A DNA stretch of 63,568 bases, the filler included, from Octopus bimaculoides (taxonomy: Eukaryota): NCBI RefSeq assembly GCF_001194135.2. It is 6 parts of 6 records of this genome, joined end to end, with 100 filler letters (N's around TTAATTAATTAA, not from the genome) between each part and the next. Parts side by side here need not be neighbours in the genome. Positions count along the whole stretch, not along the records: positions 1 to 22,098 come from NC_068990.1; 5 more parts are not named here. One strand, 5' to 3'. The notes beneath the pieces are model-generated. The model saw only the letters and a program-made list of their open reading frames with translations, made no database searches and was not told the DNA's origin. Below, piece after piece: positions 1-10,787 of this stretch. Every line of letters starts with the position of its first letter. Within the stretch, counting starts at the first letter, position 1. The position numbers and the translations under genes were made by a program.

Positions 1-243
1 GAAGCTTTTTGCTGTTGTTACGTCAATACCGGAAGTTGACATTGAGGAACCTTTTTAAAGAAGTGAATCTTAAATATAAAGCAATATTATTTATTTTTAA
101 TTAAAAAAATCAAATGAAGAGCCTAAGATTTATCCGAGGTCAAATTATTTATGCATCACAAGTATGGAAGCATTTGGTGAAGTCGATTTCACGTGAAAAG
201 CGATTACACACACATCACTGTTTTATATATAGTATAGATATAT

Positions 244-2220
244 ATCATCATCATTGTTTAACATCTGCTTTCCATACTGGCATGGGTTGGACAGTTTGAC
301 AGGTGCTGGCCAGGTGGAAGACTACCCCAGGCTACTGAGTCTGTTTTGGAATGGTTTTTATGGCTGGATGCACCTCCTAACACCAACCACCCCGCAGAGT
401 GGACTGAGTGATTTTTACATGGCACCAGCACAGGCATGGTCAGTTTTGGCATGGTTTCCCTTCCAAACACCAACCACTTCACTGTGAATTGAATGTCTTT
501 TATGTGGCACCAGCACTGGCAGAGTCACCAAGTAACTTGCAAGACAAGGAATTTTGAGAGGGAAGGGGGCATTGGAAGAGGTGATCATGTGTCAGATGAT
601 GAAAGGTGAGAGTGTGACAGAGAGGCAAAAACAGATGTCTTGCTATAGAGGAGGTACATGATTACCTGGCCAGATAGAGAGAGAGAGACAGAGATAGACA
701 GAGAGCAGGGGAGGAGTGGAAGAGGGAGAGAAAGAAAGAGAGGGTTAACAAAAAAGAAGACAGAAAGAGGTATGCTGATGTAAAGGAGATATTTGGTTAC
801 CTAGCGAGAGGAAAGAACAAGAGGAGAGAAAGAGTGATCAAGAATGAGAGCAGAAACAGGTGTGCTGCTGTAGAGGAGACACATGGCTACCCAGCCAGAG
901 GGAAGAGCAAGGGGGGGAGAGAGAGAGTAGGAGACTGCAAAATGCAAGGAAGAGCAGGAGAGAGATGGTGATTAAGTGCCAGGGTATACTCACAAGGAAC
1001 AGGGATCACAGCATAGACGGAATAGCAGAGTAGGGAAGAGAGAGATAAATGGTGACAATTACCAGGGTATACCTTCAAAGATACAGAGATAATAATATAC
1101 ATGGCCAGTATTGCCAAGAATAGGCAAGTAGGGAGTGGAGGTGGGAATTGCGGTGACTGATGAAAACCTGGATTGGGGAAAGTAGCAATACAGTGAGCAA
1201 GGCAGTGAGGTCAGGGTTGGGGAGTGGGAGATAATCATAGTGTATGAAGTGGAAATGTGAGGAAGAAAAAGATGCAGTTTAGTGGAGATGAAGTTTGGTT
1301 TCTTGGGGTAGGGTGTGAGAAAATTTTTATCGTTACATATAGGTGGGACAGAACCCTTCTAGCACTCAGTTTCACTGATGTGGGGGTGGTCTTCTCAAGA
1401 ACCTCATATCGCCAGACAACTCAGTCCATGTTATTTCCTCTGTGAGCCTCAACTTCTTGAAATCAGTCCTCACCACTTCATCCCATGTCTTCCTGGGTCT
1501 CCCTCATCCACAGGTACCAATCACTTTCAGAGACAGGCATTTCTTTAAGCAGTTGTTTGTACTCATATGCATCACATATCCAAACCAATGTAGTCTCCTC
1601 TCCCGAATGCCACATTTAATTCCTCTTATGCTCAACTCTTCTTTCAACACAGTTGCACTTTGTCGTCCATGCACACTGATGTTATAAATCTAGTGGAATA
1701 TACTACCTTTATTTCTCTCTAGTTTACGCATGTCTTTGCATTCAGAGCCCATGTCTCACTACCATGGAGTATAGCATCATACAATCTGTCTTTCACTGAG
1801 AGAGAGACTTTTTGTTGCCAACAGATGTAGTAATTCTCTGAATTTCCTCCATCCTATTCTTATTCTGGAAACAATACTATCAGAGCATCCAGCAGCATTA
1901 CTAATTTGGTCACCTAAGTAGTAGAAATTATCTACTACCTCAAGAGAGCCTTCTGAACATTTGAGAGTGTCTCAGTCCCATGTGTTCTTAGTACTTATTG
2001 TTCTTGCACATCTGTCACACATGAAAGCAACCTTATCCGTTAGCCTACCTATGATTCCACTGCATCTCTTATGTGTCCATAGCTTACACTGGGTGCAACA
2101 AATGGAATTACTTTCCTCTCCTTGAACAGGACCATTTACCTGATGGAAAGAGAGTCTTATCTGCTTTCTTGCTAACAAGTTTAGTCTTTGCTAGGTTAAT
2201 CACTCTGATCCTTACACTGT
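244..2220 (-). mobile_element. 5'-truncated, decayed RTE-clade LINE (end of RT, C-terminal region, long 3' UTR, (ATG)n tail)
   Basis: Minus-strand translation of about 1440-2220 gives broken RTE ORF2 motifs (VINLAKTKL, LEVVDNFYYLGDQIS, RIRIGWRKFRELL, GRPRKTWDEVV). The tail reads gttaaacaatgatgatgat at 244-262. Continuity through the purine-rich 600-1440 segment is assumed, not proven. Confidence 0.8.
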
Positions 2221-2303
2221 TAAACATTGGCAAACCGCTTACCTTCTGCTATTCCTTTTGCTATGTAAACCCGTCACCTAGCTTCCCTTTTGGCTCCCTG
2301 ATA

Positions 2304-2349
<46 letters not shown>

Positions 2350-2353
<4 letters not shown>

Positions 2354-2900
2354 ATCATCATCATTTAACATCTTCCTTCCATGCTGGTATGGGTTGGACG
2401 GTTTGGCAAGAGCTGGTCAGGCAGGAGCCTGCACTATGCTTCTGTGTTTGTTTTGGCATGGTTTTTATGAGTGGATGCCCTTCCTAACATCAACAACACT
2501 GCAGAGTGAGGTGAGTGCTTTTTACATGGCATTTGCATGGGCAAGGTCAGTTTTGGCATGGTTTTTACAGCTGGTTGCCCTTTCAAATGCCAACCACTTC
2601 ACAGTGTGGACTGGGCGCTTTTTAAGTGGCATCTGCACTGGCAGAATCACCAAGTAACTTTGCAAGACAAGGAATCTTTGAGAGGGGAGGAGGCACTGGA
2701 GGAGGCATTGGAGGTGGCATTGGAGGAGGTAATCTTGTCTCACAAAACGAAAGGTTAGAATGTGACAGAGAGACAGAAACTGATGTCTTGCTGTAAAGGA
2801 GGTACATGGTTATCCATCCAGAGAGAGGGAGAGAAAGAGGAAAAGGAGAAAGAAAGAGAGGGAGAGTTAGAAAGAGAGCAAGAGTTAAGAAAGAGAGCAT
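2350..2900 (-). mobile_element. Second, shorter copy of the same RTE 3' UTR/tail
   Basis: Colinear with 244-700: atcatcatcatcatttaacatc...ccatgctggtatgggttggac...caccaagtaacttt/tgcaagacaaggaa...gatgtcttgctgtaaaggaggtacatg. Confidence 0.8.
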
Positions 2901-3193
2901 GAGTTAAGAAAGAGAGCTAGAATTAAAAAGGAGAGCAAGAGATGGAAAGAGAACAAGAGTTATACACACACACACATATATGGTAGTATCCATCAGCCTT
3001 ACAGACCACAGAGAGTGCTTATGGAGGAAGCTAAAGTGCAACTTCTGAAATGACTGTAAAGTCCAATTTTGACATGTAGCCTCAGCCATAAATGTATATT
3101 GTCATAATGATTATCAGAAAACTGACCACAGAAGAATTTTTTCTACAAATAGTAATAATCCAATGAAAGTACATTAGAAAAAAAAAACTTACT

Positions 3194-3222
3194 TTTCGGA
3201 TACGTTTTCCTTTCTTCTTACC
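3194..3222 (-). CDS. GTF3C3: 29-nt micro-exon of the GTF3C3-like gene (RKKKGKRIRK, basic/NLS-like)
   Basis: Minus strand reads ttttttcctttatgtttag|GTAAGAAGAAAGGAAAACGTATCCGAAAA|gtaagt. The phase-1 start matches the upstream exon end and keeps the frame open; it ends in phase 0 at a perfect GTAAGT donor. Confidence 0.7.
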
Positions 3223-3351
3223 TAAACATAAAGGAAAAAATAAACTACAAATTATTTATCTTTATTTTTGCTGAAAGAAAATTATATTGCTACAGTTAAC
3301 CATTTCAAAATAGTTTAAAGTGGAAGACGAGTTAAATCTACTTATTCTTAC

Positions 3352-3558
3352 GGGGTGTAGGTGTTGGGCTCCAATCTTCATCTTTACTATCCATGATCAT
3401 TCCTGCATCATCAACTTCCTCATCATCTTCATCATCTTCTTGTTCAGTAACACCAGCTTCAAGATCTTCCCCATCAGTTTCTACTTCTGTCTCCCTTGTG
3501 TTTTCAACCTGGTGAAGGTTGTCCATTTCAGTACTGAATTCATTAAATGTAATTTGAC
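3352..3558 (-). CDS. GTF3C3: Internal exon of the GTF3C3-like gene (207 nt; GQITFNEFSTEM...EDDEDDEEVDD...DEDWSPTPTP)
   Basis: Acceptor tttttttcctctatag at 3559-3574 and donor gtaaga at 3346-3351; phase 1 to phase 1, open frame. Spliced to the upstream exon it gives SGFNTDLTLKFLNGQITFNEF, resembling the human GTF3C3 N-terminus as I recall it (SGFSPELIDYLEGKISFEEF), followed by acidic then basic tracts. Confidence 0.75.
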
Positions 3559-3599
3559 CTATAGAGGAAAAAAAGAAATCATAAATTTAATATTAGTGT

Positions 3600-4061
3600 A
3601 TGGACACGAAACTCGGCTTGCAAAGACCTGTTGGGGCAAGTGAAAGCAAAACCGTGATGGCACATGTGCCCAGTGTCGCCTTCCTGGCACGTGTAAAGAC
3701 ATTCGAGCGAGATCGTTGCCAGTGCCCCTGGACTGGCTCCTGTGCAAGTGCCATGTAAAATACACTATTTTGAACGTGGTTGTTGCCAGTACCACCTGAC
3801 TGGCCTTCGTGCCGGTGGCATGTAAAAGCACCCACTACACTCTCAGAGTGGTTGGCATTAGGAAGGGCATCCAGCTGTAGAAACTCTGCCAAATCAGATT
3901 GGAGCCTGGTGTAGNNNNNNNNNNAGGGCATCCAGCTGTAGAAACTCTGCCAAATCAGATTGGAGCCTGGTGTAGCCATCTGGTTCACCAGTCCTCAGTC
4001 AAATCATCCAACCCATGCTAGCATGGAAAGCAGACGTTAAACGATGATGATGATGATGATG
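3600..4061 (+). mobile_element. RTE 3' UTR/tail fragment in an intron
   Basis: Contains ggttggcattaggaagggcatccagctgtag...acccatgctagcatggaaagcagacgttaaac(gat)n, matching the other RTE tails in this window. Confidence 0.8.
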
Positions 4062-4880
4062 GTGGTTATTAGTGCATATTAATTATACACTGCATATAGT
4101 TTGTCTTAATTAAATTTGTAAAAACCTTTTATGCATAGTAAAAGCTGGTACTCAATACATGTTTTTCTGAGATTAATCTGAAACACAATCAAATAAATTA
4201 AGCATTTTAAGCTATCAAAAGAAAACCAAGAAAAATTAAATCAAATAATTCTAATATCTCAAATGCACAGTTGTATTCAGAAACCTCTAGTAAAATGGGT
4301 ATTACATATAACACTTCATGTTGATTATCATGGAAGGTTGAAAAACAATGTCTGCCAGGATATGCTGGTATCTATATGGATATGAATATAAAAGACGAAT
4401 GAAAAAACAGCTAGGCACATAAGATATCAACCAATGAGATGACTTCATTAGTATAGACCTATATTACAAAAAAGACTTCTCTCCCTGTCTTCAATATCTT
4501 TCCAATTGATTATTACTATTTTCTGCTTCTAGTCAAATCTGTTTGATGCACCAATCTTCCTGTTTCTTGCAACATCTTTCCTTTTAAGTAACAAAATAAT
4601 ATGTTTTGCTATACAAATAGAGAATTTTCAGAACCAACATTTTGAAACCAGCAATATTCATTTATCTTTTCATAGAAATAATGTATACTTAAGATTAATT
4701 GTAAAACCTGTTTAAAAAAGGGTATAAAATAGTTATTGAAAAACTGAATTTTTTCAGATACCACTACAATGTTAAATGAAGATTTTGATATGAATGTGAC
4801 ATGTTTGGGAGCCATACATAGCAAAGCAAACCAGCTTTGATTTGAAGTTGTTATAACCAACACAGGAGTTGGTGAGCACT

Positions 4881-5109
4881 TTAACACTTTAGCATTTAAA
4901 CCGGCCATATCCGGCCAAAAGTATTCTGCCTGTTTTATGTTCAAACTGGCCAGATCTGGTCTCTCACACCAACTCTACAATATCATTTTAAAAATTAACA
5001 GCTACCTCATCAAAATCTCATAGCTACAAGATAATGCATGATTAGTTCAAAACAATGTGAATAAAAAAGCATTAATTTTGGCAGAATAATGCGAACACTA
5101 AAGGGTTAA
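4881..5109. mobile_element. TTAA-flanked MITE (piggyBac-like non-autonomous element)
   Basis: TTAA at 4881-4884 and 5106-5109 flanks imperfect terminal inverted repeats (cactttag ... ctaaaggg). TTAA duplication with CCC/GGG-type ends is the piggyBac signature. Confidence 0.6.
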
Positions 5110-5688
5110 GGCAGTATTAAAATATTTCTTTGTTATAAATGAAAGAGAACTTACTGAGAATGCAGAGAATGGAAACCTTAAAGTAGCAAGGAAAACAGCT
5201 TCAATAAAATAATTGATTAGCATAAAAGATGCTAGCCAATTATTTTATTCTCTCTCAGTCAAGCACCATCATTGTTTCTCATTGCTGCCAGCATATGACT
5301 TATTTACTGTCAAGTCAAATGATTTAGTGGTTATATGAACAGCAAGTAAAAACATTTTTTGTTTTAATGATTTGGTCTGGTGAAAGGAGCCTAGTCAATG
5401 GCCTTCATATGCATTTATAGCAATTTATGAGTGATTTTTTAAAAAAGACATCACAATCAACTATCTTGTGGTTATGTTTAATTCTATCCTTATCAGAACA
5501 TGCAATTTTCCAAAGAGAAAATATGAATACTGTTATATAAACAGAGTTGGAACACTTAGGTAAGTTACAATTTTACCTAACACATTGTAATAAACTAAAA
5601 TGTCTAATAATGTCAAATAGTACCAAATTGCTATCCAGAGTTTCCTTTTAATACAAAAGCAAGATGAATGACTGCAGTTAATTCTTAC

Positions 5689-5899
5689 CATTTAGGAATT
5701 TTAGGGTAAGGTCTGTATTAAAACCAGACAATTTTACACCCATTGTTTCAATTGAACCTTCATATCCCTTGGTATCAACTTTTCCAGATTCTTTTGCAAT
5801 TGTAGAAGACTCTGCAGTTTTAGATGATGAACTAGATGTTGGCAGACATCCACTAATTTCCTCTTCTTCTTCATCAGAGCTAACCAGTAAGTCACCAGC
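5689..5899 (-). CDS. GTF3C3: Exon of the GTF3C3-like gene (211 nt; AGDLLVSSDEEEEEISG...ETMGVKLSGFNTDLTLKFLN-G)
   Basis: Acceptor atttttttccacag at 5900-5913 and donor gtaaga at 5683-5688; open frame; the phase-1 end joins the 3352-3558 exon in frame. It is unresolved whether the part upstream of MGVKLSGF is coding or UTR. Confidence 0.75.
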
Positions 5900-6518
5900 C
5901 TGTGGAAAAAAATGTGTTAAGCTAAATTAATCTATAAGCATGAGAAGCTAGAAACTTACTTTTAAGCACCTCACATAAGAGTCAAATATATACTATCATG
6001 ACAATTATAATAATAAAATATAAACAAAATTTCAAAAAGAGAATTTAAAACAATATTTTTATAGCTTATAATTCCTGGCCCAGCAGATGTTCTTCCTCTC
6101 CTTTTATCAACTCTAATCTTCTCTTTGCATGTACTTCTCATTAGAAGTACATCTTCTGAAATTTCCAACTGATCATCAGTCCCCTGCATAATTTGAAACT
6201 GAACATCACAAATATGAAATGATGAATGAAGGTTATGGCACAACACTGATTCCAACATACCCAAAACCAAAGTGAGACAAAAGTACAATGCACAAACAAA
6301 TTAAATTAGTGCTATGTTAAAACTTTCATTTTGTTTCATTGCTATAATGTACAACAGAACATATGCAACATACAAACACACACACATACAAATATATCAA
6401 TATATACCATCGTCCTTGGTTTTGTCTCGTATCCGAAAATTTAGTTTCTTTTTTGCTGATCGCTTTCTATATGGTGATGGTGTTGATGACTGTAGATCAA
6501 TTTTTGCATAGAAGAGTT

Positions 6519-6783
6519 GTGTTTGTTGTAGATGTGCACCTGGGAGGTTTGTTAGAGTATGTTGAGTTGTGGTCTGTATTTTTGAATAAGTATATTTTCC
6601 TTATTTATTTGTGTTTGGTCAGGGGTGTTGTCTGGGCATTGGTACAGTGGGAAAATAGGAATTTGGGGGACTTGTTTTGTGCACAGAAATCTAAGTGGTA
6701 TCTGTCTTGTGGTGGGGTCCCTCAATTGTTGGCAGTGGACTGTCATCCTATCTCTGAGGGTAAGACTATTCTGCCCTATGTAG
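6519..6783 (-). mobile_element. Inverted partial copy of the PLE 3' end (inverted pseudo-LTR)
   Basis: Reverse complement of about 7094-7370 with a few substitutions and one short deletion; ORF 6552-6746 repeats QQLRDPTTRQIPL...KYRPQLNIL. Confidence 0.88.
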
Positions 6784-7370
6784 ACATACTCACACTCCCA
6801 CTACTGAGTCAAGACCCACGTTTAAAAAAAATACTTGAAACCCATAAAATAATAAAAAGCAAGAGACAACCCAAAGCCCTACAAAACTTACTCACCAATG
6901 CAAAATTACCCAACACTAGCCCAACACCAACCGTCAAAGAATGTGGTCGATCTAACTGCAGGACTTGCATCCACCTCATTGAAGGAACATTATACAAATT
7001 CCAGTCAGGACATATTTTTGTCATTAAAAATAACTTCACTTGCACATCAAAAAATTTACTTTATACCATTAGGTGTGAAGGGTGCCACAAAGACTACATA
7101 GGGCAGACTAGTCTTACCCTCAGAGACAGAATGACAGTCCACCATCAACAATTGAGGGACCCCACCACAAGACAGATACCACTAGGTGACCACTCAGATC
7201 TCTGTGCACAAAACAAGTCCCCCAAATTCCTAGTTTTCCCACTGTACCAATGCCCAGACAACACCACTGACCAAACACAAATAAATAAGGAAAATATACT
7301 TATTCAAAAATACAGACCACAACTCAGCATACTCTAACAAACCCACCAGGTACACATCTACAACAAACAC
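6784..7370 (+). mobile_element. 5'-truncated Penelope-like element, GIY-YIG endonuclease region (Neptune-type Cys-rich linker)
   Basis: About 185 open codons ending at 7337: IIKSKRQPKALQNLLTNAK, CGRSNCRTC, FTCTSKNLLYTIRCEGCHKDYIGQT, LRDRMTVH, INKENILIQKYRPQL. These are the GIY-YIG LLY/YIG, Arg and Glu motifs preceded by a Cys-rich linker. Confidence 0.88.
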
Positions 7371-8349
7371 ACACAGATGTACAAACACACACACAAATAC
7401 AATGCGAACCTCCCACACAGACACATACATATACTCACATGCACAAACACAATATCCCCACACTCGAGCACAAACCCACACACATTCCAAGAAAAAACAC
7501 ATACATATATACACATGCAATACAATTCTAGCAATCACAACCAACACTCACAGACACACGCACACACACACACATGTAAACACGTACATACACACAGCTA
7601 CACACACTGCCCTGACAATTACAAGACACACTCACACAAACACGCATATATGCATACATATGTACACACACACAACCACAATATGCCCATTCGCTAGTAA
7701 AAAATCACACTCAAAGAAAAAACACACACATATATACACACAATACAATCACAACAAACATTCAGACACACATACATACACACACACACACACACACATA
7801 CAAGTATGCACATACATAATAACACACACCACCCTGACAAATACAAGACACATAGACACACTCACACAAACACATCCATACATATACACACACCGCATAA
7901 ACAATATAAACAAAACACTCATAATACGCTCAAACATATGCAAGCACCACACAGAATAACATACACACCTGCACTCACACATACGCACACACTTCGCCAC
8001 AACTATCGCATACACACACACAAACATACACACATACGAACACATACACACAAACACATACACACACACATACGTACATACATAAACATGTACATGCACA
8101 CACTTACACACCACCCTGGCAATTACAAGACACACTCACACAAACAAACCCACACATACAGATACACACACAAATACGCAAATACAACACAACCCACCCA
8201 CCCACACACACATGCATATATACACACATGGACAAACACAAACACAATATGCCCATTCCCCAGTAAAAAAAATCACACACACACACACACTCCAAGAAAA
8301 ACACACATATATACACGTAATACAATCCCAACAATCCCAACACTCACAG

Positions 8350-8399
<50 letters not shown>

Positions 8400-9000
8400 A
8401 CATACACCACCCTGACAAATACAAGACACATAGACACACTCACACAAACACACCCACACGTATACATGCACACTGCACAAACGATACAAACAAAACACTC
8501 GCAATAATACACCTAAACATGCACACACCACACAGAATAACATACACATTTGCACTCACACATACACACACACACTTCACCACAATAAATATAGCACACA
8601 TGCGCAAACATACACACACACAGACGCACATACACACACATGAACAAACACATACACACATGCGCACACACAGCATGCTGACAAATACAAATCACACACA
8701 TACATACACACACAAAAGTAGACACAATATACATGCACCATCCTGCTAAATATAAAACATACACATACACCACAGACCCATACACACACCACAGACCCAT
8801 ACACACACCACAGACCCATACACACACCAGACCCATACACACACCACAGACACATACACACACCACAGACCCATACACACACCACACTGAACTTTAAGAC
8901 CAATCAAAACAAAAACGCACACACAAACACAAGCACATATATATACATATACACATTGAAACATGCACAGAGACACACACACTCACACCATTTTGAACTC
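7340..9000 (+). repeat. A+C-rich degenerate higher-order tandem array, ending in a roughly 20-bp cacagacccatacacacac minisatellite
   Basis: The landmark accctgacaa(a/t)tacaagacac recurs near 7605, 7826, 8108 and 8401; cacaatatgcccatt near 7678 and 8243; about six minisatellite units lie at 8770-8885. Confidence 0.8.
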
Positions 9001-9332
9001 TAAGACCAGTCCAAAAAACCACTGAACCATGACAGACTAGCCCAAAGAAGAAAAAATCATTTTGATTTCACAATGCTCTCCCCAACCAACCAACCTTCCT
9101 CCCACACTAAGTTTAAAAATAGCAAACATCTCTCATACACACACTACAAGACAGAAGATGATGAATGGAAAGGTTGGTCATTCCCCAAAATTTCTGTATA
9201 AATACTTAAATATATTTCCTCCTGTATACATTTTCTTATCATTCATTGTCATAGATTCTATTTTTTAACATTTTCTTATCATTTTCAAAGACTGTATAAC
9301 TGTATTCTAATACAATTATGATAACCATCTTT

Positions 9333-10215
9333 GGATCTTTCTGAATTGACGGGCGCCACTTGTTTTCTTAACGAAACACTTTCAAACTTGGGATACTGGT
9401 AGAATGTGTCGTATAAAGCATCTTTTTCTCTTAGCCTTCTTAACAAAACTTTCTATATCGCAAGTTATTTCATGTTAAAGTTATCGTATTTCTGTAATTT
9501 CAACCAATCACTGACGTCTATTCAGCTGAATACAGTTACTACTGTTTTTGTAAACAATAATTTTTGCCGGTGTCAAGATCGTTATTCCCTGGTAATTATA
9601 TCGTTATTCCCTGGTAATTATATCGTTATTCCCTAGTAATTATGGCATATTTCATCCGGTTTTTTGGTCTGTTTTCTTTTGAAGCAGACAAAATTACAGA
9701 GAAATGGTAATTTATACGCATATAGAAGACAAAATTACAGAAAAATGGTAATTTATACGCATATATTGTTTATATAATAAATTACGCTGTGCGTATCTGT
9801 GTTTGTATTTATGTATGTTTGAAGATAATCTCGTTTCAAACCACTCACTCACTGATTATTTTTGCCAAATTAGTTGAAAATCTGTTCAACAATTTTTCGC
9901 TAATTCTCTATGTACTGTGTACTCAGTAACACATTTTCTAAATGATGGTAGAGTTTGATTTGAAGAAGATCTAATAGGGATTAATAACATATACACCACC
10001 ACAGCAGTAACTGTAATCAACTGAATAGACGTCAGTGATTGGTTGAAATTATCGAAATAATACAATTTTTTACATGAAATAACTTCAAATACAAAAATTT
10101 TTATCTGTTCTATAGCACAAAATATACAAGTATACGAAGTTTGAAAGTGTTTCGGTACCAAAAACACTACATAAAACATAAATGAAAAGTGACGCCCGTC
10201 AATTCAGAAAGATCC
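9333..10215. mobile_element. Non-autonomous DNA transposon with roughly 210-bp terminal inverted repeats (Mutator/foldback-like)
   Basis: 9333-9546 is an inverted copy of 10001-10215; the terminal 29 bp match with one mismatch. The flanks ccatcttt (9325-9332) and ccattttt (10216-10223) look like an 8-bp TSD with one mismatch. Superfamily is tentative. Confidence 0.65.
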
Positions 10216-10272
10216 CCATTTTTTAACACAACAAAGCTTATACAAAGCTTTACGTTTTACTTNNNNNNNNNN

Positions 10273-10299
<27 letters not shown>

Positions 10300-10308
<9 letters not shown>

Positions 10309-10787
10309 GTGGAGAATGGAGAAACAAACACAAGAAGAAGCAAGTCAATTGGGCTAGTTAGCCATTGATTTAATTATGTGGAGATTATATGATGAGTTAT
10401 TTACGATCGTTTCAATGTGCTAAATGGTTTGGCAGATCTCTTCAGAATGTTGAGGAGTATGTTAGAGTTCATGGTGTGAGAGATGCAGGAGAAACAGTTA
10501 GTGGATATAGTAATGCATACAGTGGTATAAGAATAGAGTTAGGTAAAGTTAGTCTTACATTTTAGTTGAAGTTGTGTTAATAGTCTTTCTGCAAAGGAGA
10601 GGTAGGGTGGGTGCTGTTCAAGCTCATAGTTCCAATCTTAATCAGACGCATTTCGCACGTGGTTGTTTTTAGAATTCAGGCGTGTGTCTTTTACTTTTAG
10701 CACCGGCGGTGTTAGTAAAGGGGAGTAACTCTAAGTTTTGGTGAAGAAGGAGCTAACTCTGACCTTATTAATATTTAATTATAATTA
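10300..10787 (-). mobile_element. Probable continuation of the inverted pseudo-LTR of the Hydra-type PLE
   Basis: 10762-10787 is the exact reverse complement of 15557-15582 (26/26), the last bases of the forward PLE copy before its gap. The left boundary is approximate. Confidence 0.5.

Noticed and set aside
1-70. Next GTF3C3 exon at the left edge
   Set aside because: The only frame open to the edge needs a phase-1 acceptor, but the micro-exon ends in phase 0, and the expected KLP..L.GLMGEAN motif is not seen.
1150-1200. Further CTGATGA hammerhead-like hits (1156, 6172 minus, 21571 minus, 27198 minus, 36779)
   Set aside because: Each lacks a correctly placed GAAA, the A-U closing pair of stem III, or stem I pairing.
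3864-3975. Roughly 50-bp direct duplications flanking 10-N gaps (also near 18680, 19682 and 58039)
   Set aside because: The pattern of unmerged overlapping contig ends; treated as an assembly artefact.
5971-6288. 105-aa minus-strand ORF as an independent gene or full exon
   Set aside because: No recognisable domain, an AT-rich intron-like 3' half and no convincing in-phase donor; kept only as an unresolved possibility.
7377-8982. Many His/Thr-rich and Cys/Val-rich ORFs
   Set aside because: Translations of CA/TG low-complexity DNA with no domain signal or splice support.
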